From NCBI GenBank assembly GCA_963663965.2, contig CAXXFK010000034.1, positions 1-27,970 on the forward strand: DNA of 27,970 nucleotides. The letters are read 5' to 3'. The notes beneath the pieces are model-generated. The model searched no databases. It was not told where the DNA came from and saw only the letters and a list, made by a program, of their open reading frames with translations. The translations under genes and the position numbers were made by a program. Numbering within the stretch: the first letter of the stretch is position 1; every line of letters begins with the position of its first letter. This stretch comes from Sedimentisphaerales bacterium. GTDB lineage: Bacteria; Planctomycetota; Phycisphaerae; Sedimentisphaerales; SM23-30. Of this stretch, positions 10,329 through 20,127 are shown piece after piece.

Positions 10329-10973
10329 TTTCCAGTCCTCAGAAGTTAAAGTAAATAACGCCTCCTATGGAACGCTCATAAGAGATCACATTACTCTTCA
10401 ATGTATAGCCGTAACTTGTCAGATTGGTACCACCAAAAAATAAAAAAAAGCAATTGATTGAGATTTTTACGTATCTCACTAAAGAGACTCTTGCCTGAAT
10501 GATTTCTGAATCAGTTCCAAACTCTGCAATACAAAGGTGTTACACCCTTTGAGCGCAGTGGATGAAAGGGGTAAGACATGGACCGATAATTCGATGGCAT
10601 CGAAATATTCAGCTGAACTGAGAGATGATTATTTCCAGTCCTTTTACCATTAGCGGATTTATAAATTTAGATATTAAATAAATCGAAAAATTATATTTTT
10701 AATGTGTGAAAATGCTTTTTTATGGGTTATTTATTAGGAAGATTATGTTCCAAATATTGTTGAAATATATTATGCAAACATATTTATTGGGAGTCGTTTA
10801 TCGCTAAAATGAGCCAAAGGAAGACTACTAATCAAAGATGACCGCATAGATTGAATCACAATAGCATGGAGGTGGAAGTGACCAATAGTCGGAACATTAT
10901 ACCGAAGTGTATGTTTATCGAAAATTCGAAAATGATTGAAAACTGCTGATATCATTCGAAAGGAGATGTATTT

Positions 10974-13307
10974 ATGAAAAGATTATTATGCTACAGTTTC
11001 ATGTTATCGGTGCTATTGGCAACCGCCATGTCATTTGGCGCGTTGACGGCGGGTGTGCCCGTAACGGACGGGTTGATAATACACCTGGACAGCCGGATGT
11101 TGAACGGGTATATCGATGGAGATTCGGTATCGCTATGGCCCGACTCAGCCGTAAACGACGGCACCGACGGGACGGTCATAGAGGCGACCTGCGGAGACAC
11201 TACGGCAAACCTGCCCACATACAAACGAAACGCCTACAACGATATGCCGGCATTGCATTTTAACGATGCGGACACGCAGGCATTGGCGTCCGGCCCATGG
11301 ACCTGGGACGAATCACAGGGCGTCACAATTTTTATCGCCTGTACAGGCGGTGAAGCCAACAGCGACCGCGCGGCACAAATTGGTGATGCAGTCGGGGCCA
11401 ACTTTGCAACCGTGGGTTGCGACGTCTCGTCCGATGCCAGCGGCGTAAACGCCACCGGCAGCGGTGTTCGGTATAATAACGGCTGGTGCCTCATATCGGA
11501 TACCGGTACCACCAACCCCGTTGTAAATGGCGTCTGGCATACCAGTGTCCGGCAATTAGCTCAGGGCGGCGGCTACGGCAGTTTACTCTATGCTGTCAAC
11601 AATTTCCCTGCAGTAGCGCCGTTGGAAACCAACCAGCCTACCCGCAACATAGCCTTTAATCCGGGTGGCAACGCCATCTTTTTGGGTAATGGCCCTAACA
11701 ACAGCGGCAACTGGAACGGCGGTAGCGACTGGTACAACGGGGATATCGCCGAGGTTCTGGTCTATAACAGCCAGTTGACGCAACAGCAAATGCAGGATGT
11801 GCTGGATTATCTTAAGAACAAGCATCTCTACGCTGCCCAGAACCCAACGCCTGCGAATGATGCGGTGATCACGAATGGCCAGGTGTCTGGTAATGACCTG
11901 CTTATGACCTTGACTTGGGATACTGGTAAGAATCCGGGCAATACCGCAGTTGTGAATCCCGACATTACCGATCACTATCTATATATCAGTGCCGGTGATC
12001 CGAACTTTTCAGATGTGACGCCGATTCGTATTACTGCCGCCGGAACGACTGGTTCCCATGGGCCAATTGCGCTGCCGTTGGACACAACTTATTACTGGCG
12101 TATCGATGAGGCAGCTAATGGATCTGTTGCCGACGATCCGAACACCATTGTCGGGCCGATCTGGGCATTTGAGTTGACCTCTTACCCGGTTTTTGTGCAG
12201 CAGCCTGAGGACGCCGTGGTATTGGAGGATGAGAATGTGGCCTTCATCGTCAATGCAAACTGCATTTCGGACGTTCGCTACCAGTGGTATCATGCCGTGA
12301 ACAAGGACGGTACCGTTGACAATGTAAATGATGTGGAAGTCGGCGCCAACTCGCCGATATTAACTTTGACGAATGTTCAAGGGGCAGACGAAGGCTACTA
12401 CTATTGCGTGGCGAGCAGTATCACGACCGGAAACTCGACCTTCTCCGATCTGGCCTTGCTTGGTGTCAAACGTCTGGTCGCTCATTACACACTGGATCTG
12501 GATGATTTTCAGGGCGGCCTGTACCTTGACAGCAGTGGGGAAGGGCATCATGTCGATCCGAATATTGCCAGCGAAAGCTATTTTATTACCGGTGCGGACG
12601 CCACCACGGCCGAGGCACTGGATGTGTCACTGGACCCACAGGCTTCCGGTACAACCGGCGTAACCACGAACCTCTGGGCGCCGTCATTCGGCACCAGCGA
12701 ATTGACTATAACATTCTGGCTGAACTGGCATGGCCCATACCCGGGTGGTGCATTCTTCCAGGGCGTGGTGACCAGTCGCGGCGATAATGAGGGCAACAAC
12801 TTCCTGGTTGAAATTCGTCCCTCCAATGAAATTCAGATTAATGCCCAGGGTGATGATGAAGTTCGCGCAGATCTGACGGATTATATTGACAAGTGGGTTT
12901 TTGTTGCGATTACCGCTGATAATGACCGGCAGGTCATATACTTTAACGGAAAGCAGATGGCAGTCAACGAAACTCCCGATTATCCAATGCCACAGTTTCA
13001 GACTCAGCTGACATTGGGTGTCCTGAATTATTTTGAGAGCGGTCCGAATAATTGGTATCTCAACGGAGCGCTGGATAATGTGCAAATCTTCAATTATGCC
13101 ATGACATTGCAGCAGGTCGTCGATGAGTATATTGGGATCAAAGGCGGAACGGTCTGTCTGGCGGCTGAATTGCCCGAAGGGGCGTTGGACCTTGATGTGT
13201 CAGGCCCGGAAGGTGTCGCTGACTGCGTCGTCAATATGTACGACCTTGCGGTCCTGTCAGTCAACTGGCTCAATTGCGCCTTTTATCCAGAAGCGGGTTG
13301 CCCGTAA
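10974..13307 (+). CDS. Secreted multidomain protein: ConA/LamG-like + FN3-like + Ig-like + LamG + dockerin-like tail
   Basis: AAGGAG SD, signal peptide, GDIAEVLVYNSQL, YYWRIDE, YQWY..DEGYYYCVA, GALDNVQIFNYAM, and tail DVSGPEGVADCVVNMYDLAVLSVNWL. Confidence 0.85.
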   Translation: MKRLLCYSFMLSVLLATAMSFGALTAGVPVTDGLIIHLDSRMLNGYIDGDSVSLWPDSAVNDGTDGTVIEATCGDTTANLPTYKRNAYNDMPALHFNDADTQALASGPWTWDESQGVTIFIACTGGEANSDRAAQIGDAVGANFATVGCDVSSDASGVNATGSGVRYNNGWCLISDTGTTNPVVNGVWHTSVRQLAQGGGYGSLLYAVNNFPAVAPLETNQPTRNIAFNPGGNAIFLGNGPNNSGNWNGGSDWYNGDIAEVLVYNSQLTQQQMQDVLDYLKNKHLYAAQNPTPANDAVITNGQVSGNDLLMTLTWDTGKNPGNTAVVNPDITDHYLYISAGDPNFSDVTPIRITAAGTTGSHGPIALPLDTTYYWRIDEAANGSVADDPNTIVGPIWAFELTSYPVFVQQPEDAVVLEDENVAFIVNANCISDVRYQWYHAVNKDGTVDNVNDVEVGANSPILTLTNVQGADEGYYYCVASSITTGNSTFSDLALLGVKRLVAHYTLDLDDFQGGLYLDSSGEGHHVDPNIASESYFITGADATTAEALDVSLDPQASGTTGVTTNLWAPSFGTSELTITFWLNWHGPYPGGAFFQGVVTSRGDNEGNNFLVEIRPSNEIQINAQGDDEVRADLTDYIDKWVFVAITADNDRQVIYFNGKQMAVNETPDYPMPQFQTQLTLGVLNYFESGPNNWYLNGALDNVQIFNYAMTLQQVVDEYIGIKGGTVCLAAELPEGALDLDVSGPEGVADCVVNMYDLAVLSVNWLNCAFYPEAGCP

Positions 13308-13438
13308 GTGAAAGACAAATTCGGTTCACCAAGCGGCGATGTGTCGTTTGGCGCAACTTTGTTCTTTGGAAATAAAGACCATTGAAAGAGATAAATCATA
13401 AAATAAAAATTGATCAAATCCGAAAGGAATGGTGTGAT

Positions 13439-15763
13439 ATGAAAAAAGTGACGATTTGTTTAAGCTTATTACTGCTGGGCGCCTTGGCCGGCGCGGTGGA
13501 AGCGGCACCCTTGTTTGATGATTTGCTTCTCCATTACCGGGCCGATTCGCTGGGCCTGACCGACGGGGCGGTCGTATCCTCCTGGAAGGATGTCGCGTAC
13601 GCCAACCTTGCCCATGCCGATCTGGGCCAGTGGAATTCATATGGATATCCGACATTTGTGACCGATGCCTGGAATGGTTTTCCGGCGGTCAAGTTTGAAC
13701 AGCCGGTCGATCCGGGTACGGCAGCTGATTCTGAAAAGCAATTTTTGTACTCCGGCTCGACCAGATGGAATTATCCAGAAGGTTCTACTCCCGTTACGAT
13801 CTTTCTGGTCTGCACGGGCGGCAACTCCACCGTAGCCAAGCGAGCCCTGCGTGTCGGCCGCGACGGCGGCGCCACCGGACGGGTCATTGACTGTACCGTT
13901 TCCGGCGCCCCGCATACCAGTGGGGCCCGTTTTAATAATGGGTATGCTGAAACAACCCAGACACCGTTTGCAACCGATGAATGGCATATCGGCGCCCGTC
14001 GGGCCCTTTTGGGTACAGACACTATTTCTGGCTTTACCTATTGGGTCAACGGAACGAAGCAGACCTTGGATGACATCGGAAGCCCGGACAATCCGATCAG
14101 GTATCAACAAGACAATAATATCATTATGGGTGGGGCCACCAACAGTTCCGGCGGTCTTTTACAAAACGAGATTTATAGCGGCCGGATTGCCGAAGTGCTG
14201 ATCTATAATTATTTGACCGATGCGCAGGTCGAAGAAGTCAGCGCCTTCCTGCACAACAAGTACTACCACCTGATGGCCCATACCCCGTCACCGGTCAACT
14301 TTTCGGTTGACCAGGGAACTGTCCAGGAAAGTGCCACCCCCGGCGAGTTTGAAACGCTGGTGACCTTAAGCTGGGAAACCGCTAATGCATCCGAGGCGGA
14401 TTCGAACCCGAATGCTGACGTGGCTAATCATTACCTCTATATTTCAAATTCGGAGCCGAACGTCACAAGTCGAAATGAGCAGCCGATCATCATACCAGCC
14501 GGTACGAATTCATACGGTCCGGTCGCCCTGAATGTTAATACCAAGTATTACTGGTGCATCGACGAATATCTCACGAATCCCGGTAATTCGAATATCACCG
14601 GCGACGTATGGACATTCACAACGCGGAAAGCCTTGCCCAAGGTTGTCACGCAGGCGGACAATGTTGTGATCTTCCCGGGTGAAACCGCCGTGATGGCGCC
14701 GGTGTTATTGATCCCCGAAGGCACGGACCCCAATTTTGCATGGTACAAAACACCGCAGGACAATAAAACCACCCCGGAAGACGATATCTTAGTCGGTATG
14801 GAAGAAACGCTGTCCATTCAGAATGCGCAGTACAGCGATGAGGGCTATTACTACTGTGCCATTTCCAATAATGCCATGGATCCCGGGGATGAGCCGGTGA
14901 CCACCGACACCCGGATGATTGGTATCAAACGCGAGATGGCTCACTGGACACTTGATTCGGCCGATTATTTCAGCGGCCAATACCTCGATATCAGTGCCAC
15001 CGATACCAATAAGTGGAACATAGATCCAAACCGCCCGACAGTGGCCGGCTCGTTTAAGCCCGGAAAAATAAATGAGGCTTTGGACCTGACCGTGGAGCCG
15101 CAGACCGCCGGTCTCACGGATCCTGTCTGGATGTCGGCCTATACGGATCATGTGACCGCCACCGCCTGGATCAAGTGGGCCGGCCCATCCGGCCAGGACA
15201 ATGGCATTGTCAGCAACCGGGCCTCAGCTCTGGATCCGAACCCCTCCCAGAGTAACTGGTTCTTCCTGATCGAGGGCACTCCGGGCGATGCGGCTCTGAA
15301 CAAACTCAAATTCAACCTCGACGGCAGTACCGTCATCACGGCCGATATTACGGCCGACGAATGGCACCATGTAGCCGCTACCGTCGGCCCTGAAGGCCAG
15401 AATCTTTATATTGATGGTGAGGTGGTTGCCGAAAATACGAATACAACGACTGTATATCGGCGTTACAATGCGCCGGTCTATCTCGGCAGTAACAATCGTG
15501 ATGAGACAGGAATGATTGCGACCTTTAATGGCCAGATCGACGATGTACGGATCTATAACTACCAGTTGGATCAGTACGGTATCGTCGATCTTTACTATGC
15601 CGTCGAGAAAAAACCGCTCTGTCTCAACAAGGACAATTTGGATATGACCTTCGATGTGACCGGCCCCGAAGGAACGCCGGACTGCGTGATCAATATCCTT
15701 GACTTGGCGCAGTTTGTCAATGATTGGCTCGCATGCGGAATCTATCCGGATTGCTTTAATTAA
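13439..15763 (+). CDS. Tandem paralog of 10974..13307 (ConA/LamG-like + FN3-like + Ig + LamG + dockerin-like tail)
   Basis: Start revised to ATG 13439 (MKKVTICLSLLLLGALAGAVEA signal peptide). Same domain order: GRIAEVLIYN, YYWCIDE, DEGYYYCAI, GQIDDVRIYN, DVTGPEGTPDCVINILDLAQFVNDWL. Confidence 0.85.
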   Translation: MKKVTICLSLLLLGALAGAVEAAPLFDDLLLHYRADSLGLTDGAVVSSWKDVAYANLAHADLGQWNSYGYPTFVTDAWNGFPAVKFEQPVDPGTAADSEKQFLYSGSTRWNYPEGSTPVTIFLVCTGGNSTVAKRALRVGRDGGATGRVIDCTVSGAPHTSGARFNNGYAETTQTPFATDEWHIGARRALLGTDTISGFTYWVNGTKQTLDDIGSPDNPIRYQQDNNIIMGGATNSSGGLLQNEIYSGRIAEVLIYNYLTDAQVEEVSAFLHNKYYHLMAHTPSPVNFSVDQGTVQESATPGEFETLVTLSWETANASEADSNPNADVANHYLYISNSEPNVTSRNEQPIIIPAGTNSYGPVALNVNTKYYWCIDEYLTNPGNSNITGDVWTFTTRKALPKVVTQADNVVIFPGETAVMAPVLLIPEGTDPNFAWYKTPQDNKTTPEDDILVGMEETLSIQNAQYSDEGYYYCAISNNAMDPGDEPVTTDTRMIGIKREMAHWTLDSADYFSGQYLDISATDTNKWNIDPNRPTVAGSFKPGKINEALDLTVEPQTAGLTDPVWMSAYTDHVTATAWIKWAGPSGQDNGIVSNRASALDPNPSQSNWFFLIEGTPGDAALNKLKFNLDGSTVITADITADEWHHVAATVGPEGQNLYIDGEVVAENTNTTTVYRRYNAPVYLGSNNRDETGMIATFNGQIDDVRIYNYQLDQYGIVDLYYAVEKKPLCLNKDNLDMTFDVTGPEGTPDCVINILDLAQFVNDWLACGIYPDCFN

Positions 15764-15784
15764 TGTAAAAGCGAAATTGTAAAA

Positions 15785-15828
15785 AACAAACTCGCCGGGC
15801 AGTCATCTGACTAACCGGCGAGTTTGTT
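15785..15828 (+). terminator. Intrinsic (possibly bidirectional) terminator
   Basis: AACAAACTCGCCGG / CCGGCGAGTTTGTT 14-bp perfect inverted repeat between convergent genes. Confidence 0.75.
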
Positions 15829-15911
15829 ATTGGCTTAGACTGTCTTGCGGCGTACGGCTTGCAGTGCAAAAATTCATCCGCAGCTGACTATATGCCCCGG
15901 CGACAGATGGT

Positions 15912-16212
15912 TTATAGAAAATCGGCGGCAATCGAATGTGACCGAAAGAAAAAAACATCCAAAGCGGTGTCGGTGTTCAGTGGCGCCTGGCAAACGGCTT
16001 GATCAAAAAAAAAACCGGCTCGGGCCAGTTTATCCAGATTGGGGGGTATGGACCCTTCGATTAACCCATTTCAGGGTGTCCCAACGGCACTGGTTGTCCA
16101 GCAGCAAAATAATATTGGGGCGTTTGTCGGGAGTTACAGAACCGCCAGAGGTAATCAGACAATTCGGTATCAGCGCCAGTGAACTGAGTGCCAGTGAGGA
16201 TGTTCTGTTCAT
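15912..16212 (-). pseudogene. Truncated sulfatase N-terminal remnant
   Basis: KRPNIILLLDNQCRWDTL..VHTP, and after removing one base from the 6-G run at 16041-16046, NLDKLARAGFFFDQAVCQAPL. Similarity stops where CxPxR should begin, and a stop follows at 15912. Confidence 0.7.
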
Positions 16213-16227
16213 GTCAATCGTTCACAT

Positions 16228-16752
16228 TCAGTCACAACCTTGCCGGCGAATCAGCATATCGCTGTAGGAACAATCAATCAGATCCGTTTCGCGGATTTCA
16301 AACAGATCCATGAACTGCCGGCATTGCTGATGGAGGCGGTCATTGCCGATGGTGCCATCCGCGTCAATGGCTTCGATTTCGACAAAGTCGCCCAGGCCGG
16401 CAATGTTGTCCAGATGGATTTTGACATTGCCGACAAAGTAGATTTCGCGCTGTTTTTCCACAACGATTTTGACCGGCAGGGCCTGACGTAACAGGGCTTT
16501 CATGTCATCGGTCGGTCGCTGAACCAGATGAACATCCGATTGACGGGGGCCGCTGTGGTCCGGTCGATGATAGAAGATAAGGCTGTTTTCGATGGCGCCT
16601 TCGCGTAATTTCAGGCGACCGTTGGGCGTGTCAAAATAGGTGTCAACCTGGCTGTCAAGCCCTTTGAAATACGCGCCTTTCTGTTTGAGAATTCCGCGAA
16701 TAGAGGATGAATCGTGGCAACGCGCCTTAATCTCGATGTTTACATGGCCCAT
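16228..16752 (-). CDS. CYTH domain protein (class IV adenylate cyclase/CyaB-like triphosphate tunnel metalloenzyme)
   Basis: NIEIKAR (ExExK-like), QVDTYF, RLKLRE, VVEKQREIY, IHLD..GLGDFVEIEA and SYSDM. Confidence 0.88.
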   Translation of the reverse strand: MGHVNIEIKARCHDSSSIRGILKQKGAYFKGLDSQVDTYFDTPNGRLKLREGAIENSLIFYHRPDHSGPRQSDVHLVQRPTDDMKALLRQALPVKIVVEKQREIYFVGNVKIHLDNIAGLGDFVEIEAIDADGTIGNDRLHQQCRQFMDLFEIRETDLIDCSYSDMLIRRQGCD

Positions 16753-16815
16753 GTTTTAATTCCGTTAAACCTGGTGCAAATAATTCTGGCGATCAGATCG
16801 AAAATAAGCGTGGCG

Positions 16816-16850
16816 AAAAAAGTGCCCGGCAAAAATGATTTGTCAGGCAC
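16816..16850 (-). terminator. Intrinsic terminator after the beta-barrel gene
   Basis: Minus strand GTGCCTGACAAA..TTTGCCGGGCAC followed by TTTTTT. Confidence 0.6.
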
Positions 16851-16863
16851 GTTGAGATTTGGT

Positions 16864-17847
16864 TTAGAATTTCCAGGAGGTATTGATGGCAAAGACCGGA
16901 CTTTCGCCCAATTCGACGCGGTTGTAACCACGGTCATCCCAGTCTTCCCCTTCGAACAGGAAGCGGTCAAACTGATAGCCTGCGTAGGTATCGATACTGA
17001 TTGCTTCATTGAAATCGTGTCGCAGGCCCAGACGGATTTCCTTGCGGTAGTAATCCAACCGGTCTTCATCACGGTTCCGGCCCGAAAGCAGGAATTGATC
17101 GTTTTGCCAGTAAAATCCAGTATAGAGCGCGGTGTCTTTACCGAAGTACAAACTGAGGGTCGTATCCACATTACGAACTGGAAACCAGGACGCCTGCAGA
17201 GTAACCGGTTTGACCGGATGCCAGAAGATCATGGTAAAGGGCAGCCCCGCTACGGTAATGAAGGTTTCATCCGGTTTCCAGTAATAAGCAAATCCGGGCA
17301 GGGGAACGCCGGGAGCGAATTCACGGTTGGCCGAGAAATTGAGGAAGAAGAGCCAGGCCTTGCCATTTTCGATGGGTGTTTGCAGCGTGGTGGTAAAATC
17401 AACCGTATATTCCTCCCAGGTATCGAAGGGTTTGTCGCTGGCCGATCCGACTTCGAACACCCCGCTGAAAATCCAGTCGTTTTCCAGTTTGCGCCGGTAG
17501 GCCAGTCCGGCATACGGTTCGTAAAAAGCCGAAGGCAGTTCCCGTCCGGTATCCGGCAGAACGATATCGGAATTAAATCGGGTTGTTTTATTGCCTCCCA
17601 GGACATACCAGGCTTCATGATCATTGTGACTGAATGGCAGGATCAGATCGCCACTGTAATTGATGAAAGATACATCGCTGTCCTGACCGATGACCGACTG
17701 GTCGGGAGCGTAGCTGTATCCCAGGTCGAGATAACCCGGCGCCTGCTCAAAATCCTGATTGAACATCAAGCGCATGAGATCCTGGGCCGGGCAGTTCAGC
17801 GCCATGAATCCAAGCAGCCAGCTTAAGTGAAAACAGATCCTTTTCAT
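16864..17847 (-). CDS. Putative outer-membrane beta-barrel protein (DUF6268-like)
   Basis: AAGGAG SD before ATG 17847, signal peptide, alternating aromatic beta-strands, VGSASDKPF and PLPGFAYYW segments, and C-terminal ..INTSWKF (terminal Phe). Confidence 0.65.
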   Translation of the reverse strand: MKRICFHLSWLLGFMALNCPAQDLMRLMFNQDFEQAPGYLDLGYSYAPDQSVIGQDSDVSFINYSGDLILPFSHNDHEAWYVLGGNKTTRFNSDIVLPDTGRELPSAFYEPYAGLAYRRKLENDWIFSGVFEVGSASDKPFDTWEEYTVDFTTTLQTPIENGKAWLFFLNFSANREFAPGVPLPGFAYYWKPDETFITVAGLPFTMIFWHPVKPVTLQASWFPVRNVDTTLSLYFGKDTALYTGFYWQNDQFLLSGRNRDEDRLDYYRKEIRLGLRHDFNEAISIDTYAGYQFDRFLFEGEDWDDRGYNRVELGESPVFAINTSWKF

Positions 17848-17880
17848 GATCGACTCCTTCCAATTCATGAGATCAAGAAA

Positions 17881-19464
17881 TCAACAGAGAAGTTTGTATT
17901 CGAAACTGTCAATTAACGCGTGCCAGGAGGCATCGATGATATTGCCTGAAACGCCGATGGTGCCCCATTGTTTATCGGAATCTTTCGATTGAATGACCAC
18001 GCGGACTTTGGCCGCGGTGGCTTCTTTGGGATTGACCACCCGAACGCGATAGTCGAATAGCTGCATGTCTTTGATGATGGGGTAATGCGGCTCAAGGCAT
18101 TTGCGTAAAGCGGCATCCAGCGCGTTAACCGGACCATCGCCTTCGGCGACCCGATGTTCCACTTTGCCATTGACGATTATTTTAACAGTGGCTTCCGTGG
18201 TGAGTTTATCCTCTTTGCTTCGGATATTTATCGTACGGTAGTGATCCAGTTCGAAGAACGCTTTCCGGCCGCCGGTAAAGCGGCGGACCAGCAGGTCGAA
18301 ACTGCCATCGGCAGTCTCGAATTGATAGCCTTCGTTTTCCAGTCTCTGGACCTCATTGAGGATTTTTCGCACGATGTTCTTGTCTTCCATCAGGGCCAGT
18401 TTTTCATTTTTGGCCAGCAGATTGGAGGCGCCGGACAGTTCGCTGATGATGATGCGGCGGGTATTGCCCACCGATTCCGGATTGACATGTTCATAACAAT
18501 CGGTGCGTTTCTGAATGGCGTGGACATGCATGCCGCCCTTATGGGCGAAACTGGACTGGCCCACATAAGGCTGGTTCAACGGTAGATTGAGGTTAGCCGT
18601 CTCGTACACAAAACGCGAGACCTCGGTCAACCGCTGCAGGGAGCCTTTCACCAGGACATTTTTATTCATTTTCAGCGCCAGGTTGGCGATAATCGGGCAG
18701 AGGTCGGCATTGCCGCAGCGTTCGCCAAAGCCATTAATGGTCCCCTGGACCTGGATGGCTCCTTTGCGGATGGCGGCCAGCGAATTGGCCACCGCCAGGC
18801 CGCTGTCATTATGCGTATGGATCCCGAGGGGAACATCGATCTGCGCGGCGACTTCGGCCACAATCTGTTCGATTTCGTCTTCCATGCAGCCGCCGTTGGT
18901 GTCGCAGAGAATGAGGCGGGTGGCGCCGGCTTCGGCCCCGGCCATGAGCACTTTCATCGAATAGCCCGGATTGGCTTTATAGCCATCAAAAAAATGTTCC
19001 AGATCGACAAAGATTTCACGGCCTTTTTTGTGAAGATAGCGGACGGAATCCGCAACCATCAGGAGGTTCTCATCCAGGGTCGCGTTCAGGACGGTTTTGA
19101 CCTGCATATCCCAGCCTTTGGCGACGATGGTGATGACGGGGGCCATCGATTTCTGCATTGCAATCAGGCAGGCATCATCCTCAGGCCTGGCATTTTTCTT
19201 GCGGGTCATACCAAATGCACAGATCCGGCTGTGTTTCAACTTGCGTTTGCGAATCTCTTTGAAAAAGGCGACATCCTTTTCGTTGCTGAGCGGGTATCCG
19301 CCTTCGATATAGTCAACCCCCAGTTCGTCAAGTTTTTCGGCAATCATCAATTTATCATTTAAGGAAAAAGCCACACCTTCGGCCTGGGAGCCGTCGCGCA
19401 GGGTTGTATCGTAAATCTCTATTCTATCTGGCTTTAATGAATATTCTTTTTTTCTGGCACACAT
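17881..19464 (-). CDS. cimA: Citramalate synthase (LeuA/CimA family, isoleucine biosynthesis)
   Basis: YDTTLRDGSQAEG, IEGGYP, EHFFDGYK, LCDTNGG, HTHND, GERCGNAD and AHKGGMH, plus a C-terminal LeuA regulatory domain (GDGPVNALD). Confidence 0.92.
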   Translation of the reverse strand: MCARKKEYSLKPDRIEIYDTTLRDGSQAEGVAFSLNDKLMIAEKLDELGVDYIEGGYPLSNEKDVAFFKEIRKRKLKHSRICAFGMTRKKNARPEDDACLIAMQKSMAPVITIVAKGWDMQVKTVLNATLDENLLMVADSVRYLHKKGREIFVDLEHFFDGYKANPGYSMKVLMAGAEAGATRLILCDTNGGCMEDEIEQIVAEVAAQIDVPLGIHTHNDSGLAVANSLAAIRKGAIQVQGTINGFGERCGNADLCPIIANLALKMNKNVLVKGSLQRLTEVSRFVYETANLNLPLNQPYVGQSSFAHKGGMHVHAIQKRTDCYEHVNPESVGNTRRIIISELSGASNLLAKNEKLALMEDKNIVRKILNEVQRLENEGYQFETADGSFDLLVRRFTGGRKAFFELDHYRTINIRSKEDKLTTEATVKIIVNGKVEHRVAEGDGPVNALDAALRKCLEPHYPIIKDMQLFDYRVRVVNPKEATAAKVRVVIQSKDSDKQWGTIGVSGNIIDASWHALIDSFEYKLLC

Positions 19465-19538
19465 AATTTAGCCTTTATGCTAGGGCGTTTTAACCAATCA
19501 ATCTGCCAATCCGATAAGGAGGCGAATTTAGAGAGAGA

Positions 19539-19567
19539 ATTATAGCAACCGCAATATCATTTGACCA
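19539..19567 (-). promoter_or_regulatory. sigma70 promoter for cimA
   Basis: Extended -10 TGcTATAAT (19539-19547) with TGGTCA 17 bp upstream of the hexamer. Confidence 0.55.
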
Positions 19568-20038
19568 GATAAAAACGGGATCAATTGGCAAAATTGTCAT
19601 ACCAGATAACTTTGTAAGTCATTTAATATGAAATAGATATGGCAATCCAGGCTGGTATCTGGCGGGAATGAAAGCGGTTTGTTACGGAAAATTATTATAA
19701 CCTGTTATTTGAAATGCGGTTAAGAGAATTCGTGGTCAATAAAAAGACACGAAATATTAATCCTGCGTGGTGATACGAGCCGATATAGGATTGACATTAC
19801 AAAGGTCACTCAGATAACAGTTTGAGATAATGCGTACATGATCAAACTGCTATGAGGAGTCGAAATCAGGGGATTGTTAAATTTGTAACGGCAGCAGGAA
19901 AAGAAAAGGTGGCCTTTATCTACATGTGAGACAAGATTTTACATTGAGTTTTACAAATTTGTTTTAAAGCTCTTTGAAAATTGCACATAAATCATTCCTT
20001 TTTTAATTGAAAAAATTAAAAAACCACATTATCCTGAT

Positions 20039-20067
20039 TGGACTTTACCCAGTTTTGGAACTTTAAT
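20039..20067 (+). promoter_or_regulatory. Candidate sigma70 promoter for rpsU
   Basis: TGGACT-17 bp-TTTAAT with an A/T-rich UP-like tract upstream. Confidence 0.4.
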
Positions 20068-20127
20068 CGAATAAACTGTAACTTTAAACTAATATAAAAC
20101 TTACCGATACTACTGGAGTGTGATTGC

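Noticed and set aside
10770..10955. 61-aa ORF in the divergent intergenic region
   Set aside because: It lies in an AT-rich promoter region with no SD or recognisable features and is likely a chance ORF.
16005..16014. A10 tract as a phase-variation switch
   Set aside because: It is in frame within a truncated sulfatase relic, and no length change could restore a functional gene.
16714..17826. 370-aa plus-strand ORF
   Set aside because: It is antisense to the beta-barrel gene, which has the SD, signal peptide and terminal Phe; it has no recognisable motifs.
19490..19600. Ile-rich 36-aa uORF (MTILPIDPVFIWSNDIAVAII..) as a cimA attenuator leader
   Set aside because: It has no SD and no terminator hairpin, the Ile codons are scattered in AT-rich DNA, and the best cimA promoter lies inside it.
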